A stretch of DNA of 64,000 nt from Octopus vulgaris. Its lineage: Eukaryota. The notes under the pieces are model-generated. The model was not told where the DNA came from. It saw only the letters and a list, made by a program, of their open reading frames with translations, and searched no databases. A program made the position numbers and the translations under genes. Positions within the stretch are counted from its first letter, which is position 1; every line of letters starts with the position of its first letter. Location: NCBI GenBank assembly GCA_951406725.2, contig OX597831.1, positions 53,072,001 to 53,136,000 on the forward strand. Direction: 5' to 3'. This document shows, piece by piece, positions 32,196-47,100 of the stretch.

Positions 32196-35100
32196 TCGAA
32201 ACAATGCCAGGAGTGGCTGTGTGGTAAGTAGCTTGCTAACCAACCACATGGTTGTGGGTTCAGTCCCACTGCGTGGCATCTTGGGCAAGTGTCTTCTGCT
32301 ATAGCCCCGGGCCGACCAATGCCTTGTGAGTGGATTTGGTAGACGGAAACTGAAAGAAGCCTGTCGTATATATGTATATATATATATATATATATATGTT
32401 TGTGTGTCTGTGTTTGTCCCCCTAGCATTGCTTGACAACCGATGCTGGTGTGTTTACGTCCCCGTCACTTAGCGGTTCAGCAAAAGAGATCGATAGAATA
32501 AGTACTGGGCTTACAAGGAATAAGTCCCGGGGTCGATTTGATCGACTAAAGGCGGTGCTCCAGCATGGCCGCAGTCAAATGACTGAAACAAGTAAAAGAG
32601 TAATATATATATACATACACTCTCACACGCACACGAGACCATAAGCCAGGGAAAGTATGCATTCATATATCAGTCAGTAGAGTGGGTATATTATCCGAAA
32701 TATATAGTATTATATATCTATCACGGCTGATCTTACCAGTCGGTTTTGCACAAGGAATACAATGGAGTGTTAGGTAACAATCCGATTATATAACCTTACG
32801 CCCATCAGAGTTAGCCAATAGTACTAACCAAGAGGTTGGAGATATAGCTTTTAAACTAGGTATAGAAGACAGGGTAGAGGCTCTGATGAAGAAAGAGGCC
32901 TTCATAATGATTGAGGATCATAAGCCTAACTTTACCTCCAACTCTAAAGATATTCTGTTCCATATCAACAAACTCTGATGAGTGTAAGGTTATATAATCG
33001 GATTGTTACCTAACACTCCATTATATTCCTTGCACAAAACTGATTGGTAAGATCAGCCATGATGGATATATAACACTGTATATTTTGGATAATATGTGTG
33101 TGTTTGTGTGGAGTAAAAGAAACAAGTCTATTTAAAGTTATACGCACTTCATTTCATGTGCTTATTTAGCTTTCCATCCAGAGCTAAAATAGATAAAAAT
33201 ATATATCTTATCTTTTACTTGCTTCAGTCATTGAACTGTGGCTAGTTGGGGCACTGCCTTGAAGGGTTTTAGTCTAGCATATTGACCCTCAGTATTTCAC
33301 ATATTTATAAACAATGGGCTTCCACACAGTTTCCGTCTGTCAAATTCATTCACAAGCAATTGGTCAATCCATGGCTATAATGGTAGACACTCATGCAAAG
33401 TATGATGCAGTGCGATTGATTCCGAACCTATGTGATTGCAAAGCAAGCTTCTTAACCACAGAGCCGTGACTGTAAATATTTTTGTAAAAACATGATTTAT
33501 CCAATTTTGTGTACTTGAGTTCAATCTTGGATCTTGAAGAGAGTCATAGCATTATTGATCTGTGTGATAGAGTAGACCAAAACATGATGCTGTTTGGCTT
33601 TGTCTCCAGAAGAGGCACAGTGGGTGCAATCTTCTCAGTGAGGCAACTGCAGGAGAAATAATTGGGTAAGGATAAAACCCCTATTCCTGGCTTTCATTGA
33701 TTTGGAGAAAGCATTTGATAGGGTACATTGCTCAGTAATATGAAGGTCACTGAGGAAACTAGGTGTAGATGCATGGTTTGTGAAAGCTGTACAAGATATG
33801 CACAAAGGTGCAGTAAGTAAAGTGAGAGTTAGCAATGATTTCAGTAACAAATTAATCGTGAAAGTAGGAGTTCATCAAGGTTGAGTCCTTTCTTTACAGG
33901 TCATCACAGCATAGAACATGAACATTAGATGATGATTACTAGTTTCAAGTTAATTCAGCACTGAATTACATATCTTCCACCACTAAATTAAATATTTTCT
34001 TGTTCTTATTTGTCCTGCTAACGAGTAAATCATTCTGTAATGTTTAATCAGTTATCCAAACTACAGTCATAATTACATTTGGTTAAGCAATGAAAGTAAA
34101 CCACTATTGAAAATGCATTGCTTAATTTTATGGGAATATTTAAGGTGGCAAGCGAATAGAATTGTTGATGTAATGGATGGAATGATTTGTGGAATTTCTT
34201 CCAGTTCATTGCATTCTGAGTAGAAATGCTACTGTAGTCAAGTTTGCTTTTTATTTTTTCAGAGTTACTAAAGTAAGTACTAGTTTAATACTGGGATTGG
34301 TGTTATTGACTAACCACTCCTGAAGATTGCTGGCCTCATGTCAAGATTAAAAATAATTATTCTGAAGCAGTCAATGATTAGCATTACCAGTTGAGCAATG
34401 GAATTTGTTCTCATCATCATCATTTAGCGTCCGTTTTTCATGCTAGCATGGGTTGGATGGTTCAACTGGGGTCTGTGAAGCCGGAAGGCTTCATCAGGCC
34501 CAGTCAGATCTGGCAGTGTTTCTACGGCTGGATGCCCTTCCTAACGCCAACCACTCCGTGAGTGTAGTTCTGACTCTTTATATTCTGACTCTTTATATTC
34601 TGAATTCAAATGCCACTGAGATCAATTTTGCCTCTCATCCTTCCAGTGAAAATAAAATAAGTACTAGTCAAATAATCATCATCATCATCGTTTAGTGTCT
34701 TCTTTCCATGCTGGTTTGGGTTGGACAGTTTGGCAGAGAGCTGTCCTGACTCCAACTGTCTGTTGTGGCATGGTTTCTATGGCTGGATGCCCTTCCTAAT
34801 GCCAACCACTTCACAGAGTGTTCTTAGTGCTTTTTTACATGTCACTGGCGTGGGTGCCTTAAATCAGCACCGGTACAGGTGATTGTGATTTTTAAGTGGC
34901 ATGAGCACCTGAATGTGTGGAAGACAGCGATTTTACTTGTCTTATCAAGTATAGGTGGTTGATTAAATCAACTAACCACTTCCCCCAAATTATTAAAGAG
35001 GTGACATCTTCAATCTCTGTACCATGGTGCACAAGTATAGTGCATTTAGTCCACAAGTGTACCACAAGAGTTTTAGGTGTGACTTACAAAATGCGCTGAT

Positions 35101-38100
35101 ATTTAGAAAAAGTGAGTATTTTTAATCCACTGCACCAGTGTAAGTAAAAATTGGGAGGAAGGTGGAACACATTCACCCATTTCTGCATCAGAACAATTGT
35201 AATATTTGTTTTTTATATTTTATCTTTTACTTGTTTTATTGTTTTAGTCATTGGACTATGGTCATGCTGGGGCACTGCCTTGAAAGGTTTAGTTGAGCAA
35301 ATCAATCCCAGTACTTAGTCTTAAAATCTGGTACCTATTCTATCAGGCTCTCTTTTACCAAACCTTGGAGTTAAGGAGATGCAAACAAACCAACACCAAT
35401 TGTCAAGTGGTGGAGGGGACAAATGTGCTCATACACATTCAAATGTATATACATAAATGTACATTCTGCTATAGCTTTTTCTATATATATACTTACCACT
35501 TCAGCCCCTTATGTATCCCTATATCTTCCTCTCCACAGCTTCTACATCTTGCACTTCATTCTACTACTTTCTGTTCTATTCTTCTTCCTGAGCCACTCTT
35601 AAATTTCCCACCTTACCCCTCTACATATTCATATTTCCCACCATCTGCACCCCCCACTCTTGTTCATCACTCACTACATTAAATTCTACCTCCACCTGTT
35701 TATTCCCTCCCCACACTTTTATGAAAGCATCCACTTTCTCATCCCCCTCCCATGATCCACTGTCCATGTTCACCTTGTTCTTTGAGAGTCTGTTTTAAGC
35801 ACCCAGTCACTAACTTCCTCCTATCCCCTTGACAGCCATATATCTCCATTGTAGCAAGACATCTGTGCTTGTCTCTCTATCATAATCCAGTCTTTGAGCA
35901 CCTGGCATACAGCCACTCATCTCCACCTTCCTCTCTTGATTACTTCCTCTTTGTCGTGGGAGTTTTTACCTTTTCCTTTTTCTCTGTTTTTCTGTGTCTT
36001 GCAAGTTACATGGCAACCTTGAAAATAAGCACCCAGTACACTCTGTAATAATAGGAAAGGCATCCAGCCATAGAAACCATGCTAAAGATGATATTGGAGA
36101 TCAATGTAGCACTGCAGCTTACTGGATCCCTGTTAAACAATCCTACCCATCCATGCCAGCATGGAAAACAGATGTTAAATGATGATGATGATATGTATGA
36201 TGGGCTTCCACACAGTTTTTGTTTATCAAATCCACTTGCAAGGTATTGGTTGGTCTGAGGCTATAGTAGAAGACACTTGTTCAAGGTGTTGTATAGTTGG
36301 ACTGAACCTGAAACCTTGTGGTTGCCAAGCAAACTTCTTAACCTCACAACCATGCCTGTAACATTTTAGTATCATATTCAGTTTGTCAGGACTCAAAAGT
36401 GGATGGAAATAGCTGTTATACAGTATCCGTTTGATGGCTATCTATTGTATCACCCAGTGTGGCTTCTGACATCTTTATTCAATTCATTGACCTACATTGA
36501 GTATTAGTTTCAATATTCATAACTTATATCCAATGTCAGTAAAGCTTTTGACTCTGTTCCCTCTTATCTGTTATCTTATATAAAGATATCTTAAGATTCC
36601 AGATATTGTTTTTTCATGGAATCCTTACCACACTAATTTGAATAAGACATTAATGAAACAATTTGTTTTCAGAGAGAGAGAGAATTTATTCATGAAAAAG
36701 AATTTATTTCATAAAAAGCATATAACTTTAAAATGGTGAATACTTTATTATGAAAATATTTTCTACTAAATTTTATTAAAATCTTATTTTACTGAACCTC
36801 AGAATTAATGGGGTTCAGTAAGAAATGCTACCTTAACCCTTTTGCCAACCTGTTTCAGATCACCTCTGGTCCTGAAATAAAAACTTCCTGTTTTCAAGTG
36901 ATCAAAATTATGACCTTCCATCAAAAATTCATGTTAATTTGTTCCCAACACCATTTTAATAACAACTAAATTATTCTTATGAGGGAGAGATTTCAAGCTT
37001 GAGTAACTGGAAGTTGTTATCCATACATTTTTTCTCTAAGACAATTTTTTTTTCATTGAATGTCTTACTGAAATTAGGCTGGTGGAGAGGTTGTCTGTAA
37101 AAAATACTGGTATGGGTTCCAGGATTTTTGGAAAATAATGAGTTCCATGCCAAAATAAATTTAGAAATTACTATTCTAAGACTTGGAAACACAAATGGTA
37201 TAATTCTGGTGAAACAGCGCCAAGAGAAGTATTTAGCCAAAAATAACTCTACTTTTTATTTACTGAGCTAGGGATTGTGTAAGTAAGACTGAATATTGAT
37301 TGGTCTGTCTCTGATTATCCAAATAATCTGAGACAGACCAAGCAAAATTTGGAATAAGCTAACAGAATTAAGGGTCATTGTCATCTTCATTTAGTGTTGA
37401 CTTTTCCATGCTTGCATATGTTTGGCTGAATTTGTCAAGACAGTTTTTTCTATGGTTGGAAGCCCTTCCTGTCTCCAACCATCACCTGTTTCCAAGCAAG
37501 GTAATATTTATCTGTAGTTAGTTGTTTTCTACTGAATACTGGAAAGAACAACATAGCTTTATGACTGTGATGCTCATTTACAACTATGGTGGCTAGACAA
37601 GGGTACATACCCAAACACACGCACGTCTGATGGGCTTCTTTCAGTTTCCCTCTACCAAATCCACCCGTAAGGTTTTGGTCAGCTTGAGGCTCTAGTAAAA
37701 GACACTCACCCCAGGTGCTGTGCTGTGGAATGAGCCCAAGACCAGATGGTTGGGAAGCAAGTTTCTTAACCACATCTATGCATATTTAAGGTTAATTAAT
37801 TGAGAATATCAATGGAAGGAATAAAACTCATTTGTTGTTATTTGTATTTTTCAGTCTGCTCCTGAAGCAAAGGAAATTTACCTTTTGATGAAGAAAGAAT
37901 ACAGGATATCACGAAACATCCGAGCAACATGGTATTTCAACCATTTAAATACCACAATGACATTTGTACCTCCTGTAAGCCTTGTAAGTATACGTGTCTA
38001 TTCACTTTCATTTATGAAACCTTGTAGATGTTTAAATTTTGAAGTGCAGAAGTTATCAATAAGTACCTCTGTTTATCATATCATTTTTTAATAATAAAAA

Positions 38101-41100
38101 ACAACGCAATTTCAAATTAATTAATTTTTTGCAATATTTTTGTGGGCAAGATGACATGCTCAATCATTAATTAACCTAGGCGTAGGAGTGGCTGTGTGGT
38201 AAGTAGCTTGTTTACCAACCACATGGTTCCGGGTTCAGTCCCACTGCGTGGCACCTTGGGCAAGTGTCTTCTACTATAGCCTCGGGCTAACCAAAGCCTT
38301 GTGAGTGGATTTGGTAGACGGAAACTGAAAGAAGCCCGTTGTATGTGTGTGTGTGTATGTTTGTGTATCTGTGTTTGTCCCCCCAACGTCACTTGACAAC
38401 CGATGCTGGTGTGTTTATGTCCACATAACTTAGCAGTTCGGCAAAAGAGACCAATAGAAAAAGTACTAGGTTTACAAAGAATAAGTACTAGCGTTGATTT
38501 GCTCGATTAAAGGTGGTGCCCCAGCATGGCCACAGTCAAATGACTGAAACAAGTAAAGAGTACTATCAGAAAAGTCGAAAAGATAATAGTTTGAATGGAA
38601 CAGTTGACAGACAAGTCAGCTGAAAAGTAAAAGTGTCTCATTGCTTGGGAAGGTTTATGACTGTGATAATACTAAGAGATGTTGAATGTAATCTCTACAG
38701 TCAGTAGTAATTAGAGTAGTATTTATTTAACAATGACACATCCAGAACACTTAGTCCTTTCATGATTTGTCATTTTTTTTTTTTGTTTTGTTTTTGTTCT
38801 AAATGTAAGTGTACTGTGACTCTTGAAAATTTTGGAGAGAAAAATGTTATTGTTGTTATATGCAACAGATGCAGTATCAGATTAACTCTTTTGATATCAA
38901 CCTACTTGAACCAGCCTTAGGTTCTATGGCATAAACTTACTGTTTTAAAGAAGTTTAAATTATAATCTTCCAGCTTAATAATGAGAAATTTACTTTACTA
39001 AATTCTTCATTATACTAATATTGCCTCTATTGCTTATAATGAATTTTTATTCAGTCAGGTGGCTACAAATTTTGTTTCCATCATCATTCATCTAATGTTC
39101 GTTTTCCATGCTGGTATGGATTGGATGGTTTGACAGGAGCTGGTTTGTCCAGGCGCCACACCAGGCTCTATCATCTGTTGTGGCATGGTTTCTACAGCTG
39201 GATGCCCTTCCTAACTCTGACCACTTTACAGAATGTACTGGGTGCTTTTGTATATGACACCAGCACCAGTGGTTTTAACATGATATCAGTATGAGTGCTT
39301 TTTATGCGACACCAATACGGGCATCAATTTTGCTATGGTGGACTTGTTATATATATATTGTATTTTTAAACATAACACATTTATAAGAGACATTCTCTCG
39401 GGCAAAATAAAGCAGTAAATTTTGTCTATCACAGTGTATTTACATTAAATGTGATGAATAAATGGCTATTATTATTATCACCAAAGCTGTCATCAAAGTT
39501 TCACATTTGGATCAGCACTCTTCACTGGCAGTTCATTTCTGTATAGCAGTAGTGTTGACTTTTGCTTTCTCCCTCAGTTCTATAGAATAATAACCATTAT
39601 TGAATGCATCATCATCATCATTTAAGATCAGTGTTTCATGCTGGCATGGGTTGATGGTTTGACAGTATCCAATGGGCCCAAGGACTGCATCATGTTCCAG
39701 TGACTGCTTTGGCATGGTTTCTATGACTGGATGCTCTTCATAATGCCAACCACTTTATAACATGCACTGGGTGTTTCTTTTATGCCACCCACGCTAATGA
39801 CACCATCATGCAGCTTGCAAAATTATGAACTGATGTGTTTGTGTGTGGTGGTGGTGGTGGGGAGACTTTATTCTAGGAAATAAGGGGCAAAAGATGGGTA
39901 AAAGTATGAGAGAAAGAACCAGAGTAGAACAGATTTCTTGTTACATAACTGACTACTCATATTTTAGAAGAAAAGGTAGGAGTGATTAAGTGGAGCTTAT
40001 CATCATCATCATCATCATCATTTAACATCCATTGTCCATGCTGGCATGGCTCGGACAGTTTGACCAGGGCTGGCAAGCTGAGGGGGCTGCACCAGACTCT
40101 GGTCTGATTTGGCATGGTTTCTATGGCTGGATGCTTTTACGAATGCCAACTGCTCCAAAAATGTAATGGGTACTTTTACGTGCCACCTGCACAGGTGCCA
40201 GTTACATGACACCAGTATCTACCATTACTATGATTTCACTTGATTTGATGGGTCTTCTACTCAAGCATGGCATGTTGTTGAAGGTCTCAGTCATATGTCA
40301 TTGCTTTCGCGAGGTCCAATGCTTAAAAGGTGCTTTTTACATGCTACTGCCACAGGTGAAAGTTACATGACATTGACATTAGACACATTGCCTCCATGAG
40401 GTCCAACGCTCAACAGGTGCTTTTTATGTGCCACCAGCATGGGTGCCAGATGCCTCCTAGAGGCCCAACACATGACAGGAGCTTTTTACATGCCACTAGC
40501 ATGAGTGCCAGGTATGCAACATCAGCATCGGCCACATTGCCTCCATTAGACTCAAAAAGTAAATAAATATGTAAATGTCTGAATTTTCCAATCTATTCTA
40601 GTATTTTAAAAAGTTGGTTTTCATATTCATAATGGAACTTTTTCATGTAATTTAAAAAAAAAAAATTAATGCTTGATATTTATGTTAGTCATTTTAAAAA
40701 ATGTGTAACAATTTTTTCTTTTACTTCAAGTCTGATTTATCATCAGAAGAACTGATAGTGTTGTCTGTGATCCCAGAGAAAAGCTATGTCACCTTCCAGC
40801 CAGGCAAAGAACATTCTTTCAAGCTTACCACACGTACCAAAGTGATTTTCATGTCCACACAGTATAGAATTGCATTCGCCCTGGATCTAAGCCCGTCTGT
40901 GTCCTCTTTGGTAAGTTTTTCGTTTTTATTTTTCTAATTGTGATGTTGCAATTATCAAGTATTAAATATAATGCTTAGTATGCAATTATCAAGTATTAAA
41001 TATAATGCTTAGTATAGCTTAGTATTAAATATAAATTGGTGTTGTAGGAACATTCTTCATTATAAGGGTTTCAAATTTTGGGGGAAGGATTAAATTAATT

Positions 41101-44100
41101 ACATCAACCCTAGTGTTCAACTGGTACTTATTTTATCAACATTGAGAGAATGAAAGGCAAAGTTGACCTCTGTGAAATTTGAACTCAGAATGTAAAAACA
41201 GACAAAATGCCACTAAGCATTTTACCTGGTATACTAATGACTCTGCCAGCTCGCCACCTTAACATTCTTCATTATGTTGCTGAAATTCGACCTTGACGGA
41301 ATTTGAACTCAGAATGTAAAGTCAGACAAAATACTGCTAAGCATTCCGCTTGGCATGCTAACGTTTCTGCCAGCTCGCCGCCTTATATTCAGAAAAATAT
41401 TAAAATCAAAATTTAGAAATGCTGTTGAAATGGCAATAAGATACATGAAGGTTTGTATACCATAGAGTAGAAGAAACTCAGAAAAGTCCCTGAAGTAGTT
41501 TTAATTTTCTGTTAGCTATTTCATTTCAGTAAGTTATGTTTTTGGTGTGACTTGCAAAATGCACTGATATTTAGAAAAAGTGAGTATTATTTAATGCGCT
41601 GCACCAGTGTAAGTATATTCTTGGGAGGAAAGTGTAACACATTCACCCATTTCTGTTTCAGAACAATTGTAATATTTGTTTTTTATATTTTATCTTTTAC
41701 TTGTTTTATTGTTTTAGTCATTGGACTATGGTCATGCTGGGGCACTACCTTGAAAGTTTAGTTGAGCAAATCGATCTCAGTGCTTAGTTTTAAAATCTGG
41801 TACCTATTCTATCAAGCTCTTTTATCAAACCTTGGAGTTAAGGGGATGTAAACAAACCAACACCAATTGTCAAGAGGTGGAGGAGTCAAATGCGCCTTCA
41901 ACCAGATTCCTCACAGGCAAGACACAGAGATATAAAATCTTCTAGGAAGGTAACAGTGAAGGGGTAGGTGGTGTGGGCATACTTCTTGCAGAGAAATGGG
42001 TGGATAAGGTCATAGAGGTAGTCAGAGTTTGTGATAGAGTACTTAAGCTCAGGCTAGTCTTGCAGAGTAGTATAGCAACAATTATTTCTGCCTATGCCCC
42101 ACAAGCGGGCCTACCAAATGAACAAAAGTTGAGTGGCAATGATCTCATCTTTGTGGCTAGGGATATCAGTGGGCATGTTGGACAGCAACCTGGTATCTTC
42201 TGTGGTGTACATGGGGGCCATTGAATTGGTTCCCAAAACAAAGAGGGAACAAGGCTACTGGAGTGATGCAAATAACCTACTGATCCTCAACATCAACTTC
42301 AGGAAGTCAGCCAGCCACCTGATAACTTACCAATCAGGTGACTATGCTAACCAGATTGATTTCATTTTCACCTGAATGAAAGACCTACCCTGAAGAATGT
42401 ATCCCCCAGCATAGACTAGTCATTAGTGACTTTAGACTTCAGACCAAAGGATACCAAGAAACAGACCAATCTGGTAAAGAAGGAATTGGAAGCTTAAGGA
42501 CACCTCGCATGGTCAGAGATTTAGGGACGTCCTAATTGAGAAATTTGATGAGAGGGAGGAGAAGCTACAGACGTGTGACATAGAGGGCAACTGGGAATTC
42601 CTGTAGGACAGCTTGTTGAGTGCCACAGACCAAATCTGCAGCTGGTGCAAAGTCCCATCCAGACCTAGGGTGACGTGGTGGTGGACTGAGGTTGTAGACA
42701 GGGCCATTAGAGCAAAGAGACAGGCCTAGAAGAGTGGGGGTAGCAGGGAACTGTATCAGATAGCTAGAAGGGAAGCCAGGAGACAGGTAGGTATATCTAG
42801 AAATACTGGCAGTCATAGTAAGTTACAGCCAGGAATAGATATTCCTTTAGCCCTTATTGTGTGAGAGTTATGTACACTCATATTTGTGCATGTGCACTTG
42901 AGACATAGGAACCAAGTTAACTTGTTTTCAATATTGGGGTACTTTCCAGAACTGAGTACAATAAATAGTGAATATAGATCAAAAACTTGTTGTAGTTATT
43001 ATTTGTGTACACAACTTGGGGATATCAGCCCTGGCCCTGGCACATAAAAAGCACCTTTTTGAGTGTTGGGCCTCACGGAGGCAATGACCGAGACCTTTGG
43101 CATTATGTCGTGTTTGAGAAGAAAACCTATCAAGCTGAGCAAAATAGCAGTCATGGCAGATACTGGTGTCATGCAAATGGCACTTGTGCTGGTGGCATGT
43201 AAAAGAACCCATTACACTCTCAGAGTGGTTGGTGTTAGGAAGGGCATCCAGCTGTAGAAACTCTGCCAGTTCAATATTGGAGCCTGGTGCGGCCATCTGG
43301 TTTCCCAGCCCTAAGTCAAAATCGTCCAACCCATGCTAGTATGGAAGGCGGACATTAAACAATGATGATGATGATAATTCAGTATTTTCACATTTGTACT
43401 CAAAAATAAGAAGCATCACAGAAATCCACATTATAAAGGATTTGTGGTTGTAGTATAATAAAAAGTAAGGCTAGTGAAATAGTTAACGTAGTAGAGTAGT
43501 AGAGAAATGTGCAAGAATTAAGATGGAGGACACAGGAAGGAGTTCTCAATGGAAAAACTTTGGTATGAGTAGTGTAGGTGTGGTTTTAACAGAGGAGCAA
43601 ATAAGAAAAATGGCAGAGTAATTAGACCCAGATTCAGTGAATAGTAACTTTACACTATCTATGATCTCTGTTTGAGGTCTGAGCAAAATGTACTGAGAGT
43701 GTTGCTATGGTGATGGAACTAGATTATGCCACTTGGCACAGATTGACCTTGAACCTTGTTGCGCATGTACACTAAGTTATAATGTTCTCGCTCACTTCCA
43801 TTGTTTACAGCAGTGCTTGGAAGTAAAATGTATTGATTGTGGTCATCTCAGTACACCCCAGAGCCTCCATCAGTGACCATGGCAGAGAAAATATGTGACG
43901 TGTGTGTGTGTGTGTGTGTGTTCAAATTCCACCGAGGTCGACATTGCCTTTCATTCTTTCAGGGTCAATTAAATAAGTACCAGTTACGCACTGGGGTCAA
44001 TATAATCGACTTAATCCGTTTGTCTGTCCTTGTTTGTCCTCTCTGTGTATAGCCCCTTGTGGGTAGTAAAGAAATAGGTATGGTGTACAGTAGTCACCTG

Positions 44101-47100
44101 TAAACCATTCCAGTCTCGGGAAATAAATGATAATGAAGAGGCAGAGGAAGATATTTAAAGTATATCTTATTCAAAGATGGTATTGTGCCATAAATATTTT
44201 CCTTAGAAGCTCCTCAAAATATTTGTCTGAATTGAACTAATTAATGGTATTTATTTTTCATTTATCTATTTTAGGATTTATGTTCAGGTCGAGTACTGTG
44301 GGATGATGTTTACACTTCTTTGAAGAACTGTCTTACTGGTTTAGTACAGCCTGTAAGTAGATTTCAATAATTATTTCTTAAAGACAACTTTATATGTAAA
44401 ACACACACACACACACTCTCTCTCTCTCTCTCTGAATATATTTTCACTGAACTTGCTTCAAGAAACACAGGATTTTAAAGACAAGAAGTTAATTTATAAT
44501 TATTTTTGCCAAAGATCTTACATGTTTGGGTTAAAACTTGAGATAGGATCTTTTTTCTTCTTGCAGTTTTGTTCACCTGGCTCAGATCTAGCTCTGACTC
44601 CATCTCTTTATGTGACAGTTGTTGCTTACACACCATTAATTGCATGTCGCAATAATTTCGTAAGTATTCAAATATTTATTAAAAAAATTCTTTTGGCATT
44701 GTATTTTATTTAACTGATATTTCATTTTGTCAAATGAGAAAAGACAGTTGATTTTTTTTTTTCATATTTGAGAGTAATTGTTTTATTTTAAATGATGTAG
44801 TTTTCCTACTTCAATACATTCACTTGTCTAGAAAAAATGAAACCTATTGACAACCACATAAAAGCACCTTTGCCAGTGTCACATAAAAATACTCATGCTG
44901 GTGCCACATAAAAGCACCCAGCACACTCTGCAAAGTGGTTGGTATTAGGAAGGGCATCCAGCCATCAAAACCATGCCAAAGCAGACATTGAACCCTGGCA
45001 ACTCTTCAGCTGCCCAACTCCTGTTGAGCCATCCAACCTATGCCAGTATGGAAAATGAGCATTAAATGATGCTAATGCTGATGATGATGACAAACTGATG
45101 CAGTCAACAAAAACTACTGAGATTTGAATTCATGACCATAAGTCATTGTCCTGTACTGTAACCTCACACTCATAACATTAAATTAGTTGCAGTTTGAATG
45201 ACTGCAACCTCTTTTATCTGTTCCAGTCACTAGACTGTTTGTGGCCATCTTAGGACACTATCATTAAGAATTTTAATCTAATGAATTGACCTCAGTACTT
45301 TTTTTTTTTAGCTTGGTATTTATTCTGTTGGTCTCTTTTGTAGGACCTTTAAGTAATAGGGATGTAAACTCACCAACACTAGTTGTCAAGTAGTGGTGTG
45401 GGACAAACATAGAGACACACACACCCACACACAGATGCACACTCTGGGCTTCTTTCTGTTTTCATCTACCAAATTCACTTATGTGGTTTTGGTTTGCTCA
45501 AGGCCAAATAAAAGACACTTACCCAAAGTACCATGCAGTGGGACTGAACTTGGAACCATGCAGTTAGGAAGCATTGTTCTTACCACAAAGCCACACTTGC
45601 GCATTTAGAATGATACAAATCAATTTATTTTGAATTTTACAGGTAATGATTGAAGTTGAAATTTAATGAAAATAACAATTTACCAAACTCATTTGCATGA
45701 ATGAATTAAGTTATTTCAATCATAATATTAATGTTAATTCTCATGTTATATTTCTTTTTAATGTAATTCAATATTGTGTCTCTCTGTTTTACTATTCATA
45801 TTGAATTTTAGCTGTTTTTGTAATATTTATAGGTCTTATGTCAAGGAGTATTGGTTACAAGAAAAAACTTAAAAACCATTCTTGGTGAATTACATCGAAT
45901 GCTCAAGGAGTTTGAGAATGCTGTTTCAAAACATTTTGCATCATTAGTAACTCTTCAAATGAATTCTGTGAGTGTAACATTTTAAATACTTTTTTATGTT
46001 CATCTTTGCTTAACCCTTTAACATCTAAATAGGCCATCTTGAACCAAAATATTCTACTGGTTTTATGTTTAAATTGGCGGCTAGATTCAACCTCTCGCAC
46101 CTAACCTACAATCTCATTCTAAAAATAAACAATTGCATCATTGAAATCTAGGAGGTACGAGATAATGCATGATTAATTCAAAACAGTGTGAATGAATAAG
46201 GATTACATTTGACAGAGTGATCTGAATGTTAAAAGGTTAATGTAATGAATTTATTTGGGTGGAAGAGATATATTGTTAAATCTATACAAGTATTACAAAT
46301 TGTTTTCCATCTTTCATGAGCCCTAGGATTCATAAGGCTGGAGCTTAACCCATTTTCCATGGCATATAAATTACTGAGATTACATCACCCCTCCTGAATG
46401 GGATGCCAATCTATTGTAGGGTTAACTCTCCAATCATCTACAGCTGGGTTGATTGGAGCAACGTGAAGGGAAGTAATTTGCTTTAGAACACAACACACTG
46501 GCTAGTCCAGGAATTGAAACCATGATCATAAGATTGTGAATGCTACACCCTAACCATCATCATCATCATTGTTCGACCGTGGTCGAGACAATGGAATTTA
46601 CTATGTTACGCCAGACTTCACGGTCCATCATAGCATTACGGAGGTCCTGTTGCTGGATGCCTGTATCCCTGGAGATTACATCAGGGTAGGAGAGTGTGCG
46701 CCCTCTGGTATTGCGAGTAGATGGCTTCCAGAGGAGAAGAGTAGAAATTACTTCTTTTTCAGCTCTACAACAATGTCCAGCAAACTGGACTCTCCTACCT
46801 TTCACAAGAGATGACACAGGTGGTAATTTCCCATATATTTGCATTTTGGTTGGATGGCGCTTCCACGAGAGATTTTGAGCTCTCATAAGGAGGCGAGTGT
46901 AGGTTCCATCCAACCGCCTCTCAAGCTTCTTTGATAACGTCCAGGTTTCTGAGCCATATAGTAGAATTGGTTCGACTGTGGCTTTGAATATAATAATAAA
47001 CACCCTAACCACTAGGACATGTGCCTTCACTCACATTTGTTTAAAGAAGTTACTTATCAAATGGCTATAAACATGTTTTAGTGTTCAAAGTATTTAACTA

